From assembly GCA_963794295.1 (NCBI GenBank), contig CAWCDE010000006.1, forward strand, positions 18,738-82,737: 64,000 nucleotides of DNA, written 5' to 3'. The translations under genes and the position numbers were made by a program. Shown here one piece after another: positions 30,694-44,603 of the stretch. The notes under the pieces are model-generated. The model saw nothing but the letters and a program-made list of their open reading frames with translations, ran no database searches and was not told the origin of the DNA. Each line of letters begins with the position of its first letter. Position 1 is the first letter of the stretch. The stretch comes from an uncultured Acidobacteriota bacterium (lineage in GTDB: Bacteria > Acidobacteriota > Thermoanaerobaculia > UBA5066 > DATFVB01).

Positions 30694-32057
30694 TCATTTT
30701 CCGGTGACGTGGAGCTTCAGGGAGACGAGGAGCTTCTCGATGTCACGCATGTCCGCGAGCTCGATCTCGTACCGGCGCTCCTCTCCGATGGTCCGGTTGC
30801 GGCCGTCGTCGAGGTGCACCGCGAACACGAGCCGGCCGGCCCGCGTCAGGTCCTTCTTCCGCACTTCGATCTCGTAGAGCTTCTGCACTTCCTTGCGGTG
30901 ATTCAGGCCGGCCGACAGGAGATCGTCGATCGAAGGCTCGCTCCGGTGCGCGCGCGGGGCGCCGACGGCATCGGTTTCAGGGTCGCGTTCTTCCGGAGCT
31001 TCTCGAGCTCCGAGAGGATGTCGACGTTGGACCGCACCTTGACGTGCTTGACGACGTCGCCCGCGGAAGCGGCCGCGGCCTGCTCGAAATCGACCTGGAC
31101 GGCGTCGTCGGCCGCCGCCGCCGGAGGCGGGGGGGATTGCCGTGCCGGTTCGATCGGCTCCTCGCCCGCGTCGGCGAGGAACTCCGGCGAGACGGGCGGC
31201 GGAGCCGGCGCGGGGGGCATCTCGTCGATGGCTTCCGCGTTCTCGAACAGCCCGTCGGAATCGATCTGCTCGGCGAGCGCGCTCGCGGCGGCTTCGGCGT
31301 CGGCCCGGAGATCCGAGAGGGACACGGGAGTCTCTTCGGCGGCCGGAGCGGGCGCCGGCGACGGGGCGGGCGGCGGCGCGGGCACGGGCCGGGCCGACTC
31401 CGCGGGAGGACGCGCTGCCGCGACCGCGGTGGGCCGCGAGAGGGCGCGCGCCGGCTTCTCCTCGCCCATCATCTTCTTCTTGAGCGCCTTGAGCGTCAGC
31501 TTCGAGATCTCCTTCAGCGTCTCGAAAACGCCGTCGCCCCGGAGGGCCACCGCCTCGACGTAGTTGAACTGTCCCTTTGGATCGAGCGATCCGCGCAGCT
31601 CGTCGACCGAGAGGACGTTGGCGAGGTCCCGCTTGTTGAACTGCAGCACGAGGGGGATCTCGGCGGCGGAGAGCCCGATTTCCTGGAGATTCGTCTCCAT
31701 GTTCTGGAAGCTCTCGACGTTGGCGTCCTTCATCGCCCTTTGGGAATCCGCGACGAACACGATGCCGTCGACGCCGCGGAGCACGAGCTTGCGCGTCGTG
31801 TTGTAGAAGACCTGTCCCGGCACCGTGTAGAGCTGGAGCCGCGTCTTGAATCCGCCGATCACGCCCACGTCGATCGGCAGGAGGTCGAAGAAGAGCGTCC
31901 GGTCCGTCTCGGTCTCGAGCGAGATCATCTCGCCGCGCGATCCCGGGGCGGTCTTCCCGTAGATGTGGTGGAGGTTGGTCGTCTTTCCGCAGAGGCCCGG
32001 ACCGTAATAGACGACTTTCGCCGCCATCTGCATCGTGGCGTAGTTGAAGAAAACCAT
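30694..32057 (-). CDS. MglA-like Ras-family small GTPase fused to a Pro/Ala-rich linker and an uncharacterised C-terminal domain of about 110 aa. One frameshift near 30900-30950.
   Basis: N-terminal about 195 aa align closely with Myxococcus MglA (MVFFNYATMQMAAKVVYYGPGLCGKTTNL...ISLETETDRTLFFDLLPID...FKTRLQLYTVPGQVFY...VDGIVFVADSQ...LQFNKRDL). ORF 30903..32057 continues through a P/A-rich region. The reading frame then continues in ORF 30694..30888 (...QKLYEIEVRKKDLTRAGRLVFAVHLDDG...). No mglB-like gene is adjacent. Confidence 0.7.
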
Positions 32058-32146
32058 CGAACCCGTGTGCTCCCTTACATCTGCTGAGCGAAGGACTCCA
32101 CCGTTATTGTATCAGCCCGAAGCGAAACTCCAAGGCGGTTCCCGGC

Positions 32147-32928
32147 TCATCGGCCGCGTTCTTCCGGCCGGGCCGCGCTCCGGACGGCGGCGGCGAGCGC
32201 GCGGTAGACCGTGCCGAGCTCCGGAACCCGCGCGAGCGCCCGGCGGTGGAGGCGCAGCGTGCCCTCGTCCCCGCGGGCGAGCGGGCCGGTCAGCCCCGCC
32301 GGGAAGCCGCGCGCGCCGACGTTCCCGGCGGCTTCCCGGGCGAGGGCGGCCATCGCCGGGAGGGCCCGGGCCTCCGGCATACCGGCGCGCCGCGCCGCTT
32401 CGGCCGCGAGCGCGACGAGAGTCGCCGTTCCTCCGGCGGCGGCGGCCGCCGCCGCGTGGTACAGGGGTTTCGCGGCCGCGGGGATGCTCCAGGGGCGGGC
32501 GCCGATCCGGCGCGCGAGCCGACGCGCGATCATCACGGCGGAGGGATCCCCCTCGATCGCGACGTCGGCGCCGGCCGCCGTTTCTCCGGGCGTTCCGGCG
32601 AACGAGCGGAGGGGATGGAGGAGACGACGCCCGCGCCGGTTTTCCTCCATCCCCGCAGGATCTCGGCCGGGAGCGCGCCGGAGAGATGCATCGCGCAGCG
32701 GGCGCTCGCGCCGGAACGCAGGAGCCGGGCCGATTCCCGGGTGATCGCGTCGTCGGGAACGGCGAGGACGAGGACGTCGAACGCCGCCGGGCGAGCGGTC
32801 CGGCGGATCCAGGCGACCCGCACGCCGGCCCCGGCGAGCGAGCGCGCGAGGGCCTTTCCGGCGCGCCCGCGTCCGCGGATCGCGACGCGGGGAGCGGCGG
32901 GGCGTTTCGGCGCGGCGCAACGAGCCAT
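32147..32928 (-). CDS. Rossmann-fold NAD(P)-binding oxidoreductase (DUF2520/ProC-like family), frameshifted
   Basis: N-terminus in ORF 32533..32928 (VAIRGRGRAGKALARSLAGAGVRVAWI...FDVLVLAVPDDAI). C-terminal part in the 3' portion of ORF 32147..33472 (...PLYHAAAAAAAGGTATLVALAAEAARRAGMPEA...). Confidence 0.55.
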
Positions 32929-32969
32929 CTGGGTTATTCTTTGAATCTAACACCGATCGGAGCAGGGAT

Positions 32970-34038
32970 TTGGTCACCCGCGAAACGAACGAGGCGCTCG
33001 ACGAACGGGCCCGCGAGGTCCTGAAGGAGATCATCCGTATCCACGCGGAGACCGGCCGGCCGGTGTCCTCGCGCTCGCTCGCCAAGCGCCGCCGGTTCCA
33101 CGCCTCCGCGGCGACGCTCCGCAACCTGATGGCCGATCTGACCGATGCCGGGTATCTGCAGCAGCCGCACACCTCCGCCGGGCGCGTGCCGACCGAGAAG
33201 GCGTATCGCCAGTACGTCCGGACGCTCATGAAACCGAAGGAGCTCACCGCAAGCCAGCGGGAGCTCGTTTCCGTCGATCTGTTCGACGCCGGCCACGATC
33301 CCGCCGTGCTGTTCCCGGCGGTTTCGCGGCTCCTCTCGAAGCTCTCCGGGGAGGTCGGGGTCGTGATCGCGCCCGACGCGCGGCGATCGGTCGTGCGGGA
33401 GATCCGCTTCGTCCCGATCGGCCGCGAGAAGGCGCTCGCGATCCAGGTCGGGGACGGCGACCTCGTCTTCACGCGGCTGATCGAGACCGGCGGGCGGCTC
33501 GACGCGGCGGCGCTCGAGCGCGCCGGCAGCTATCTCACGGCCGAATTCGGCGGCGCGACGCTCGTCGCGATCCGGAACCGCGTCACGATCGCGATGCAGG
33601 AGGAACGGGCGAGGTTCGACCACGCCCTCTTCGAGACGCTCGACCTCGCGCGCCGCGCGATCTCGCCGGCCGGCCCCGCGGACATCTATACCGAGGGAAC
33701 CCGCCGGCTCCTCGAGCGGCCGGAATTCTCCGAGCCGGAGAGCCTGAAGAAGGTGTACCGCGCCTTCGAGGAGAAGGCGAACCTCGTCGAGCTCCTCGAC
33801 CAGTGCCTCGAGGGGGAGGGACCGCGGATCGTGATGGGCTCGGAGAGCCACCTGACCGCGGGGAAGCCCCTGTCGGCCGTCGTCACCCGCTACGGATCCG
33901 AGAACCGCGCGCCGGGCCTGCTCGGCATCATCGGATCCCTGCGGATGTCCTATCCGCGGATCGTCCCGCTGGTAGAATTCCTCGGGAAGGCTCTGTCCGA
34001 AAAGCTGGACGAGCCCGCGGAAGGAGGGGATATTTCCC

Positions 34039-34055
<17 letters not shown>
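32970..34055 (+). CDS. hrcA: heat-inducible transcription repressor HrcA
   Basis: 361 aa. N-terminal winged helix (RAREVLKEIIRIHAETGRPVSSRSLAK), HrcA C-terminal domain. First gene of the hrcA-grpE-dnaK-dnaJ cluster. Confidence 0.85.
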
Positions 34056-37562
<3,507 letters not shown>

Positions 37563-37574
37563 GCGGATCGGCGC

Positions 37575-38423
37575 GTGACCGGGAAGCGCTCCGTGCGGCT
37601 CCGGCTCGGGCTCGCCGACGCCGAGCGCGCCTCCGCGGCGCTCTACCGCGCGGGCACCCTCGGCGGCTGGGAGAGCGGAACGGAGTTCCTCGCCGCCTTT
37701 CCCGACGCGTCCTCGGCGCGGACCGCGCTCGAGCTTCCTCGCCGGCGAGTCGATCGCTGCCCGCCTCGAGGAATACCGGGTCCCCGCGGATCCTTTCGCC
37801 GTCCATCGCGCGTCGCTCGCGCCGTTCGCCGCCGGTGGCTTCCGGATCGACCCGCGAGGCGAGCCCGACGGAGGCTCGGAGGGGCCGGAGACACTCTGGA
37901 TCCCGGCGCACGCCGCCTTCGGGACGGGCCTCCACGCCTCGACCCGCGGAATCCTCCGCTGGATCGGCCGGGCGGACCTCCGCGGCGCCGCGTCCTCGAC
38001 GCCGGATGCGGAAGCGGGATCCTCGCGATCGCCGCGTCCCGCCGCGGGGCGGAGGCGTTCGCCTTCGATCTCGACGCCGATGCCGTGTTCGAAGCGCGCC
38101 GGAACGTCGCCCGGAACGCCGCCTCCCGCGTTCTCCTCTTCGCGGGCGGGATCGCGGCGGCCGGCGGCATCTTCGAAGCGATCTTCGCGAACATGATCTG
38201 GGAAGAGTCGGGTTCCGCTCGTCCCCGCGCTGGCGCGGCTCCTCGCGCCGGACGGCCGGGTCGTTTTCGCCGGCATCCTCGACGAGCGCGAGGCCGAAGC
38301 ACTTCGGGGGATCGCGTCGGCGGGGCTCACCGCCGTTCGCGTCGATGGGGAAGACGAATGGCGGACGATCGTGGCGGTGAAGGGAGAACGAAATTCCAAG
38401 ACTCAAGCACCAATCATCAATAA
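37575..38423 (+). CDS. prmA: ribosomal protein L11 methyltransferase PrmA, frameshifted; exact 3' end uncertain
   Basis: SAM-binding motif [20 protein letters not shown]...AFDLDADAV in ORF 37575..38423. The C-terminal ...[21 protein letters not shown]...VKGER segment lies in the third frame. Canonical dnaJ-prmA adjacency. Confidence 0.7.
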   Translation: MTGKRSVRLRLGLADAERASAALYRAGTLGGWESGTEFLAAFPDASSARTALELPRRRVDRCPPRGIPGPRGSFRRPSRVARAVRRRWLPDRPARRARRRLGGAGDTLDPGARRLRDGPPRLDPRNPPLDRPGGPPRRRVLDAGCGSGILAIAASRRGAEAFAFDLDADAVFEARRNVARNAASRVLLFAGGIAAAGGIFEAIFANMIWEESGSARPRAGAAPRAGRPGRFRRHPRRARGRSTSGDRVGGAHRRSRRWGRRMADDRGGEGRTKFQDSSTNHQ

Positions 38424-38548
38424 ATTCCAAATCCGAATTCTGAAACAATACACGATGACGGTCGGTTCGTCCCCAGGGATTCGTTTCGGCATTGGAATTT
38501 GGTCATTCGAATTTATTGGAATTTGAGGCTTGAGATCTCGAATTTGCG
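38388..38548. repeat. low-GC palindromic MITE-like element, copy E2
   Basis: The reverse complement of its right arm (CTCAAGCCTCAAATTCCAATAAATTCGAAT) matches E1's left arm (CCCAAGCCTCAAATTCCAACAAACTCGAAT) at 26 of 30 positions. It lies between the convergent prmA and thiD 3' ends. Confidence 0.65.
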
Positions 38549-38579
38549 GTGCTCGTTGCGAGCCAATCCGGCTCCGATA

Positions 38580-39377
38580 CATGGCGCACTCGCTAGAAAT
38601 ACCGGGGGTTCCCTTTCCCTTCCCCGGATACAGCCCTCTCCCGAGCGCCCTCCGCAGGTATTCGATCCCGTCCCGGACGGCGTCCGGCATCGGCGCGCCG
38701 CGCGCGAGATTGGCGGCGATCGCGGAGGAGAGCGTGCACCCCGTGCCGTGCGTCGCCTCGGTGTCGATCCGGAAATACGCGAGAACTCGATGAATTTCCG
38801 GCCGTCGAAGAAGAGATCGCGGATCTCGCGGCCCTCGCCGTGTCCACCCTTGATGAGCACCGCCCGGGCGCCGAGGTCCGCCAGGACGCCGGCGGCGAGC
38901 CGGAGGTCTCCCTCGTCGCGGATCGCGAAGCCCGCGATCGCCTCCGCTTCCGGGAGGTTCGGCGTCACGAGCGCGGCGATCGGAAAGAGCTCGCGCTTCA
39001 TCGCGGCGAGCGCGGCGGGAGAGGAGCCGGGCGCCCGAGGTCGCATGGACGATCGGATCGAGAACGACGTTTTTCGCCTTGCCCTTCCGCAGGGCCCGCG
39101 CCGCCGCGGAGACGTTCGGGGCGTTGCCGAGCATCCCGATCTTCACGGCCCCCGGGACGGCGTCCGAGAGGATCGCGGCGATCTGTTCGGCGAGCAGCGG
39201 GCTGGCGACCGCCCGGGTCCGGGTGATTCCGCGGGTGTTCTGGACCGTGATCGCGGCCACCGCGACGGTGCCGAACACTCCGTGCGCCGCGAAGGTCATG
39301 AGGTCGGCGACGACGCCCGCGCCGCCGCCCGGATCGACGCCCGCGATCGTGAGCGCCACCGGGAGAGGGGTCGCCAT
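38580..39377 (-). CDS. thiD: hydroxymethylpyrimidine/phosphomethylpyrimidine kinase ThiD, frameshifted; 3' end approximate
   Basis: N-terminus [48 protein letters not shown] in ORF 38403..39377. Middle ([12 protein letters not shown]...AVLIKGGH) in ORF 38513..39046. C-terminal [22 protein letters not shown] back in the first frame. Confidence 0.75.
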
Positions 39378-39475
39378 TCCGAGAGTGTACCCCCCGCGCG
39401 CCCGGAAGGCCGGCGCGGTTGACCGCGGCTTCCCGTTCCGGTACCGTTCGCCCTTCCGGCGGAAGAAGGGGAGAA

Positions 39476-40165
39476 ATGGCGAAGAAGCTGCGGCGAGAGG
39501 ACTTGAAGCGGGACGAAGTCATGGAGACCGTCGGAAAGGGCCTCCAGTTCGTTTCGGTCCACCGGCGGGCAGCGTCGAGACGGTGGGGATCGCCATCGGG
39601 CTCGCCGCCCTGATCGGCGCCTTCGTCGCGTTCCGCGCGCGCCGGGAGTCGCAGGCCGCCGACCACCTTTCCCGCGCGCTCGCCGCTCTTTCGGCTCCCC
39701 TCGCGGGCGACCCGTCGGCGGGAACCGCCGCGAACGTACCCGGCCGCCGCGGAACGGAGCGCCGACACGAATCGCGAGCTCGCCGCCGCGGCCGAGTTCG
39801 GCACGACGAAGTCCGGCCGCGAGGCGGCGGTGATTCTCGCCGCCCAGGGGGATCGAAGGACACGGGCGCGTTCAACCGGTTCGCGCGGAGCGGCAAGACG
39901 GCGATCACCGCGGCCGCGGAGCTCGACGCGTACCGGACGATGAGCGATTCCGGGAAGACGACGGAGGCGATCGCCGCGGTCAGCGGCGATCGAGACCTCC
40001 TCGACCGCCGTCCCGAAGGATGCCCTGCTCGCCGAGCTCGGCGCGCTGTACGAGCGGTCGGGCTCGCCGCGCCGACGCGAAAGCGACCTACCAGCGCCTC
40101 GTGAGCGAGTATCCCGATTCGCCGTACGCCTCCGATGCGCAGAGCCGGATCGGGCAACTGCAGTA
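39476..40165 (+). CDS. YfgM-like membrane-anchored TPR protein, frameshifted
   Basis: [26 protein letters not shown], then a TM helix ([18 protein letters not shown]) in another frame and a C-terminal TPR-like ...[25 protein letters not shown] stop (TAA near 40163). Confidence 0.5.
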
Positions 40166-40450
40166 AAGAAGAAATCCGAAATCCGAATTTCGGTATCGCG
40201 GACAAGACGGCCGCTGAACGGAACGGCGCTCTTGCCTCGCCGGCGGGACCGAAGGACGCCGATAGCAATCGCCGAGCCCGCGAAGCGGGTGAAGGCCAAT
40301 CCGAAACAAATCCGAAATCCGAAAGGCTCGAATTCCGGAGAACGGGATCAAGGCGCCCCGAACGGCAGTTTTCCAGGGTGCCCGTTCGGGATTTCGGTTT
40401 GAGGTTTTCGGAGTTGTTTCGGATTACGGGTTTTGAAATTCGGATTCCCG
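40166..40450. repeat. low-GC palindromic element, copy E3 (largest), rich in GAAATCCGAAATCCGAA and complementary TTCGGATTTCGG motifs
   Basis: About 285 bp between yfgM-like and deoB. The left arm carries tandem AAATCCGAA units and the right arm the inverse TTTCGGATT(A/T)CGG units. Related to E1, E2 and E4. Confidence 0.6.
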
Positions 40451-40473
40451 GAGGCGCGCCGTCATGACTTCCA

Positions 40474-41646
40474 GTGACGTCGTTGTCTGACCACGCGCGC
40501 CGCCGGGCCATCGTTCTCGTCTGCGACGGTCTCGGCGTCGGCGCGGCGCCCGACGCGGCGGAGTACGGCGACGGAGGGAGCGACACGCTCGGGCACGTGC
40601 TCGACGCGTCCCCCGTGGATCTTCCGAACCTCGCGGCGCTGGGCCTCCTCCGCGCGGGACGCCGCGGCGGGCCGGCGCCGGACGCCGCGTGGGGCCGGAT
40701 GCGCGAGATCTCGGCGGGAAAGGACTCCACGACGGGCCACTGGGAGATGATGGGGCTCGTCACCCGGGAACCCTTCCCGCGTATTCCCGCGGATTCCCGC
40801 GGGAGGTCCTCGATCCGATCGAGCGCGAGATCGGCGTCCGCTTTCTCGGCAACGTCCCCGCTTCCGGAACGGAGATCATCCGGGAGCTCGGCCCCGAGCA
40901 CCTCGCGACGAAGCGGCCGATCCTCTACACGTCCGGCGATTCGGTGTTCCAGGTCGCCGCGCACGAGGATCTGATTCCGCCCGCCCGGCTCTGGGAGATG
41001 TGTGCGGTGGCACGGCGCCATCTCGTCCCACCGAACGGCGTCGGCCGCGTGATCGCCCGGCCCTTCGCCGGCGAGCCGGGCGCGTTCGTGCGCACCGCGC
41101 GGCGCCGCGACTTCTCGCTCCCGCCGCACGGCCCGACGTTCCTCGACTACGCGTCGGCCGCGGGGCTCCGCACGTTCGGCATCGGAAAGATCGTCGACAT
41201 CTTCGCGGGGCGCGGGCTGTCGGAGTTCGCCTACTCGGCGTCGGACGCGGACGGACTCGCGAAGACCGCCGACCGGGTCCGCGCGGCGCGGACGACTTCG
41301 TCCTGACGAATCTCGTCGACTTCGACAGCAAGTACGGACACCGAAGCGACCCGGCGGGGTTCGCCGGGAATCTCCGCCGCCTCGACGCCGCGATTCCCGC
41401 GCTCCGGGACGCGCTCGGCGCCGGCGATCTCCTCTTCCTGACCGGCGATCACGGCTGCGACCCGACGGACGCGTCGACCGACCATACGCGGGAGGAAGTG
41501 CCGCTGCTCGCCGCGGGGCCGGCCGTTTGTCCCGGAGCGGAGCTGGGGACGCGCCGCTTTCGAGACCTCGCGGCGACGCTGGAGGATTGGTTCGCCCTTC
41601 CTTCCCGCTCGGGAGGAACGAGCGCGCTCGGCGCGCTCCTCCGATG
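40474..41646 (+). CDS. deoB: phosphopentomutase DeoB, with about 3 frameshifts
   Basis: Pieces in ORFs 40474..40974 (AIVLVCDGLGVG...GKDSTTGHWEMMGL), 40689..41306 (PILYTSGDSVFQVAAHE...) and 41000..41647 (FVLTNLVDFDSKYGHR...LFLTGDHGCDPT). Confidence 0.85.
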
Positions 41647-42780
41647 ACGACGCTCGCCGCGATCGCCGCGGCGGTATCGGTGCTCTCGCTCGTTTTCCTG
41701 GCGATCAACGCGGTCGTCTTCCGCCCTCTCGGCGGGGTCTCCGGTCGAGCGGCCTGGCCGCGCGTCTCCGTCGTGATTCCCGCGAGGAACGAGGAGCGGG
41801 ACCTCGCGGCCGCGCTCCGCTCGCACGCCGCGAGCGACTATCCCGACTTCGAGGTGATCGTCGTCGACGACCGCTCGACCGACGGAACGCCGGCGATCGC
41901 AGCGCGCTTCGCCGCCGCGGACGGGCGATTTCGCGTGATCGCCGGCGAGGAGCCGCCTCCCGGCTGGCTCGGCAAGCCCCATGCCCTCCAGGCGGGCGCG
42001 GCCGCCGCGACGGGAGAGTGGCTCCTGTTCGCCGACGCCGACGTCGTCTACGACCCCGACGTCCTCCGCCGGGCGGTCGGGGAGGCGCTCCGGCGCCGCG
42101 CCGATCTGCTCGCCCTGCTGTCGCGTTTCGAAAGCCGCGGCTTCTGGGAAGGCGTCGTCATGCCGGGCGTCTACGGATTCCTCTATCTCGGACCGGGATT
42201 CCTCACGCAGATCGACGCCGTGACGGCGTTCGCCGGCGGGACCGGCAGCGGGAACCTTGTTCGGCGCGCGAGCTACGACGCGGCCGGGGGCCATGCCGCA
42301 ATCCGCGACGCGGTGATCGACGATATCGGCCTCGCGCTCTCGATGAAGCGCGCCGGTTTCCGCACCCGGGCCGCGGCCGCCTACGACGGCGTTCGCGTCC
42401 GGATGTACCGCGGGCTCGGCGAAATGGTCGATGGGTTCTCCAAGAACGTCGCCTTCCTCGGTTCTCCGGCGCCGTCGCTCCTTCTGCCGCTCGCGCTCTG
42501 CCTGCTCGCGTGGGCTCCGTGGGTCGTGCTGGCGGCGCCGGCGGCGGCGTCGACGAAGCTCCTCGCCGCGGGAGCGGCGGCGGCGACCATCGCCGGCCGC
42601 GCGGCCGTCGCACGCATCACCGGCGATCCCCTCTGGAGCGCGCTCTTCCATCCGCTGATGCTCACGGTCCTCTTCGTGATCACCCTGCGGTCGTGGTGGC
42701 GGAGGGTGGTCCGGCGCGAGATCGTCTGGCGCGGCCGCCGGACGGCGATCCCGCGCGCGCGGAGGCCCCCGGCGGGATAA
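41643..42780 (+). CDS. family-2 glycosyltransferase, polytopic membrane protein
   Basis: ATG overlaps the deoB stop (ATGA). GT-A motifs: VSVVIPARNEE, ...VVDDRSTDGT, ...FADADV. Multiple C-terminal TM helices. Confidence 0.8.
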
Positions 42781-42812
42781 GATCCCGGTTACCTCGAAAG
42801 GTCTTCCGGACC

Positions 42813-44311
42813 ATGACGGCCTCCGGTTTCCGCCCCGGTTTCCGCCCGGCGATTCTCGTCGTCGCTCTGCTCGCGTCCGGCCCGGCCTGCCGGCGGCCGG
42901 CCCCATCCTTCGACCGCGTGACGATCGCCGGGGCTCCGGCGGTCGAGACCGATCCGCATCGGCACAGCCATCTGCCGACGTTCGGCGCCCTCGCGAGCTA
43001 CTACGAAGGCCTCGTCGCGCTCGACGCGAACGCCGCTCTCGTTCCGCAGCTCGCGACGGTGTGGGAGAACCCGAGCGACACGGTCTGGCGGATCCATCTG
43101 CGGAGCGGCGTCGTGTTCCACGACGGCCGCCCGTTCGGGGCGCCGGACGTGGTCGCGAGCCTCGATCGCGCGCGCCGGCTCCCGGGCTCCGAGGTCGTCG
43201 ACGCGGTGAAGGCGATCGCCGGCGTCCGGGCCCTCGACGACCGCACGGTCGAGATCACGACCCGGAGGCCCGCCGCGACGCTCCTCGCGCAGCTCGCCTA
43301 CGTCGCGATCGTGCCGCGCGACGCCCCGCTCTCTCCGATCACGCGGCCGGTCGGGACCGGACCGTACCGCTTCGTGCGGGGAAAGCCCTACGGCACCTTC
43401 GAAGGCCGGCGGTTCGAGCGCTACTGGGGGCCGAAGCCGCTCTTCCGGACCTTCCGCTACGTGCCGATCGAATCCCCGGCCGAGCAGGCGCGATGGATCG
43501 AGGACGGGCTCGCGGACGTCGCGTCGTTCGTTCCGCGGTCGCTCGCCGCGCTTCCGGGCAACGCCGCGTGGCGGGTCGTTCCCGGGCGTCCGGTCATCAA
43601 CCTCCTGCTCGGCATGGCACAGTGGCCGGGCCCGTTCGGCGACCGCCGCTGCCGCGAAGCCGTCGCGCGGGCGATCGACCGCCGCGGTCTCGCCCGGGCG
43701 GATCCGGATCGTCTCCTCTCGCCGCTCTTCCCGCTCATTCCCCCCGGCGTGCTCGGGTTCGTCCCGGCGCCTTCCGCCGCAGCGGATCCGGCCGCGGCCC
43801 GCCGGCTCCTCGCCGATGCGGGCCATCCCGGCGGCCTCGACGTTTCTCTCCTCCTCTACGAGGGAGACCTGCCGCTCGGCCGGGAGCTCGCGGGCGAGCT
43901 CGCGGGGGCGGGGATCCGGGTCCGGCTGCGGAGCCTTCCCCGGCACGAATACTTCCAGGCGCTCTCCGACCGGTCCGACGCCCTGTTTGTGTTCAACTGG
44001 GTTCCGGAGTGGGGAGACGCCCCCAGCTGCTCGACGGGTTCCTGCATTCCCGGGACGGCGCCTACGGCGAGCACAATTACCTCTTCAACGGGGATCCGGA
44101 GTTCGACCGGCTCATCGAGGCCGCCGACCGGACGCTCGAGCCTTCCGCGCGGATCGTCGCGCTCGAACAGGCCGTGCGGTACGCGCAGCGGGACGTGCCC
44201 GTGATTCCGCTCGTGGTCGAATCACGCTTCGCGGCCGTGCGGCGGGATCTCGAGTTCGCGCCGCGCGCGGACGGGGTCGTCCGGCCGTTCGACCTTCGCG
44301 TGAGCCGCTGA
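42813..44311 (+). CDS. ABC transporter substrate-binding lipoprotein (family 5, peptide/nickel type), with one frameshift near 44020
   Basis: Lipoprotein signal (ILVVALLASGPAC). SBP_bac_5-type body from ORF 42018..44204; C-terminus in ORF 43061..44311. Confidence 0.75.
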
Positions 44312-44410
44312 AGGTCGAAGCTCGAAACGAGCGCGCGCCGGGAGGCGCGGCCGCGAAGCGGCCGGCGCAAGGCGACGAGCGCGGCGTTCGCCGCGCGCGC
44401 CAGTGCGCGA

Positions 44411-44603
44411 GCAAATCCGAAGCAAATTCCAATCTCGAATGACGAAATGTTCGAAACGGAGAGGTGCGTTTTGATCGGTGACGATGCCGCCGTCTGAGCG
44501 CCGGGATTTACTCGGCCGTCGAAACGAGGCCCGTTTGGATCATTCGAGTTCTGGATTTTGAATTTGTTTCGAATTTCGTGTTTCGAATCTCGGATTCATT
44601 TCC
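44411..44603. repeat. low-GC palindromic element, copy E4
   Basis: CAAATCCGAAGCAAATTCCAATCTCGAATGACGAAATGTTCGAAAC ... GTTTCGAATTTCGTGTTTCGAATCTCGGATTCATTTCC. Inverted symmetry. Lies between the convergent SBP and galK 3' ends. Confidence 0.6.

Noticed and set aside
32058-32146. mglB (roadblock GAP) expected next to the mglA-like gene.
   Set aside because: Only 90 bp separate the mglA-like gene from the upstream oxidoreductase gene. No roadblock-like ORF fits on either side.
32930-32970. CIRCE operator (TTAGCACTC-N9-GAGTGCTAA) upstream of hrcA.
   Set aside because: There is no match to the CIRCE inverted repeat in the hrcA leader or elsewhere in the window. HrcA presumably acts at groESL outside the window.
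38403-39377. Single intact 324-aa ThiD as given by ORF 38403..39377.
   Set aside because: The 3' half of that ORF is out-of-frame low-complexity sequence running into the E2 element. ThiD homology resumes in other frames, so the gene is frameshifted and shorter.
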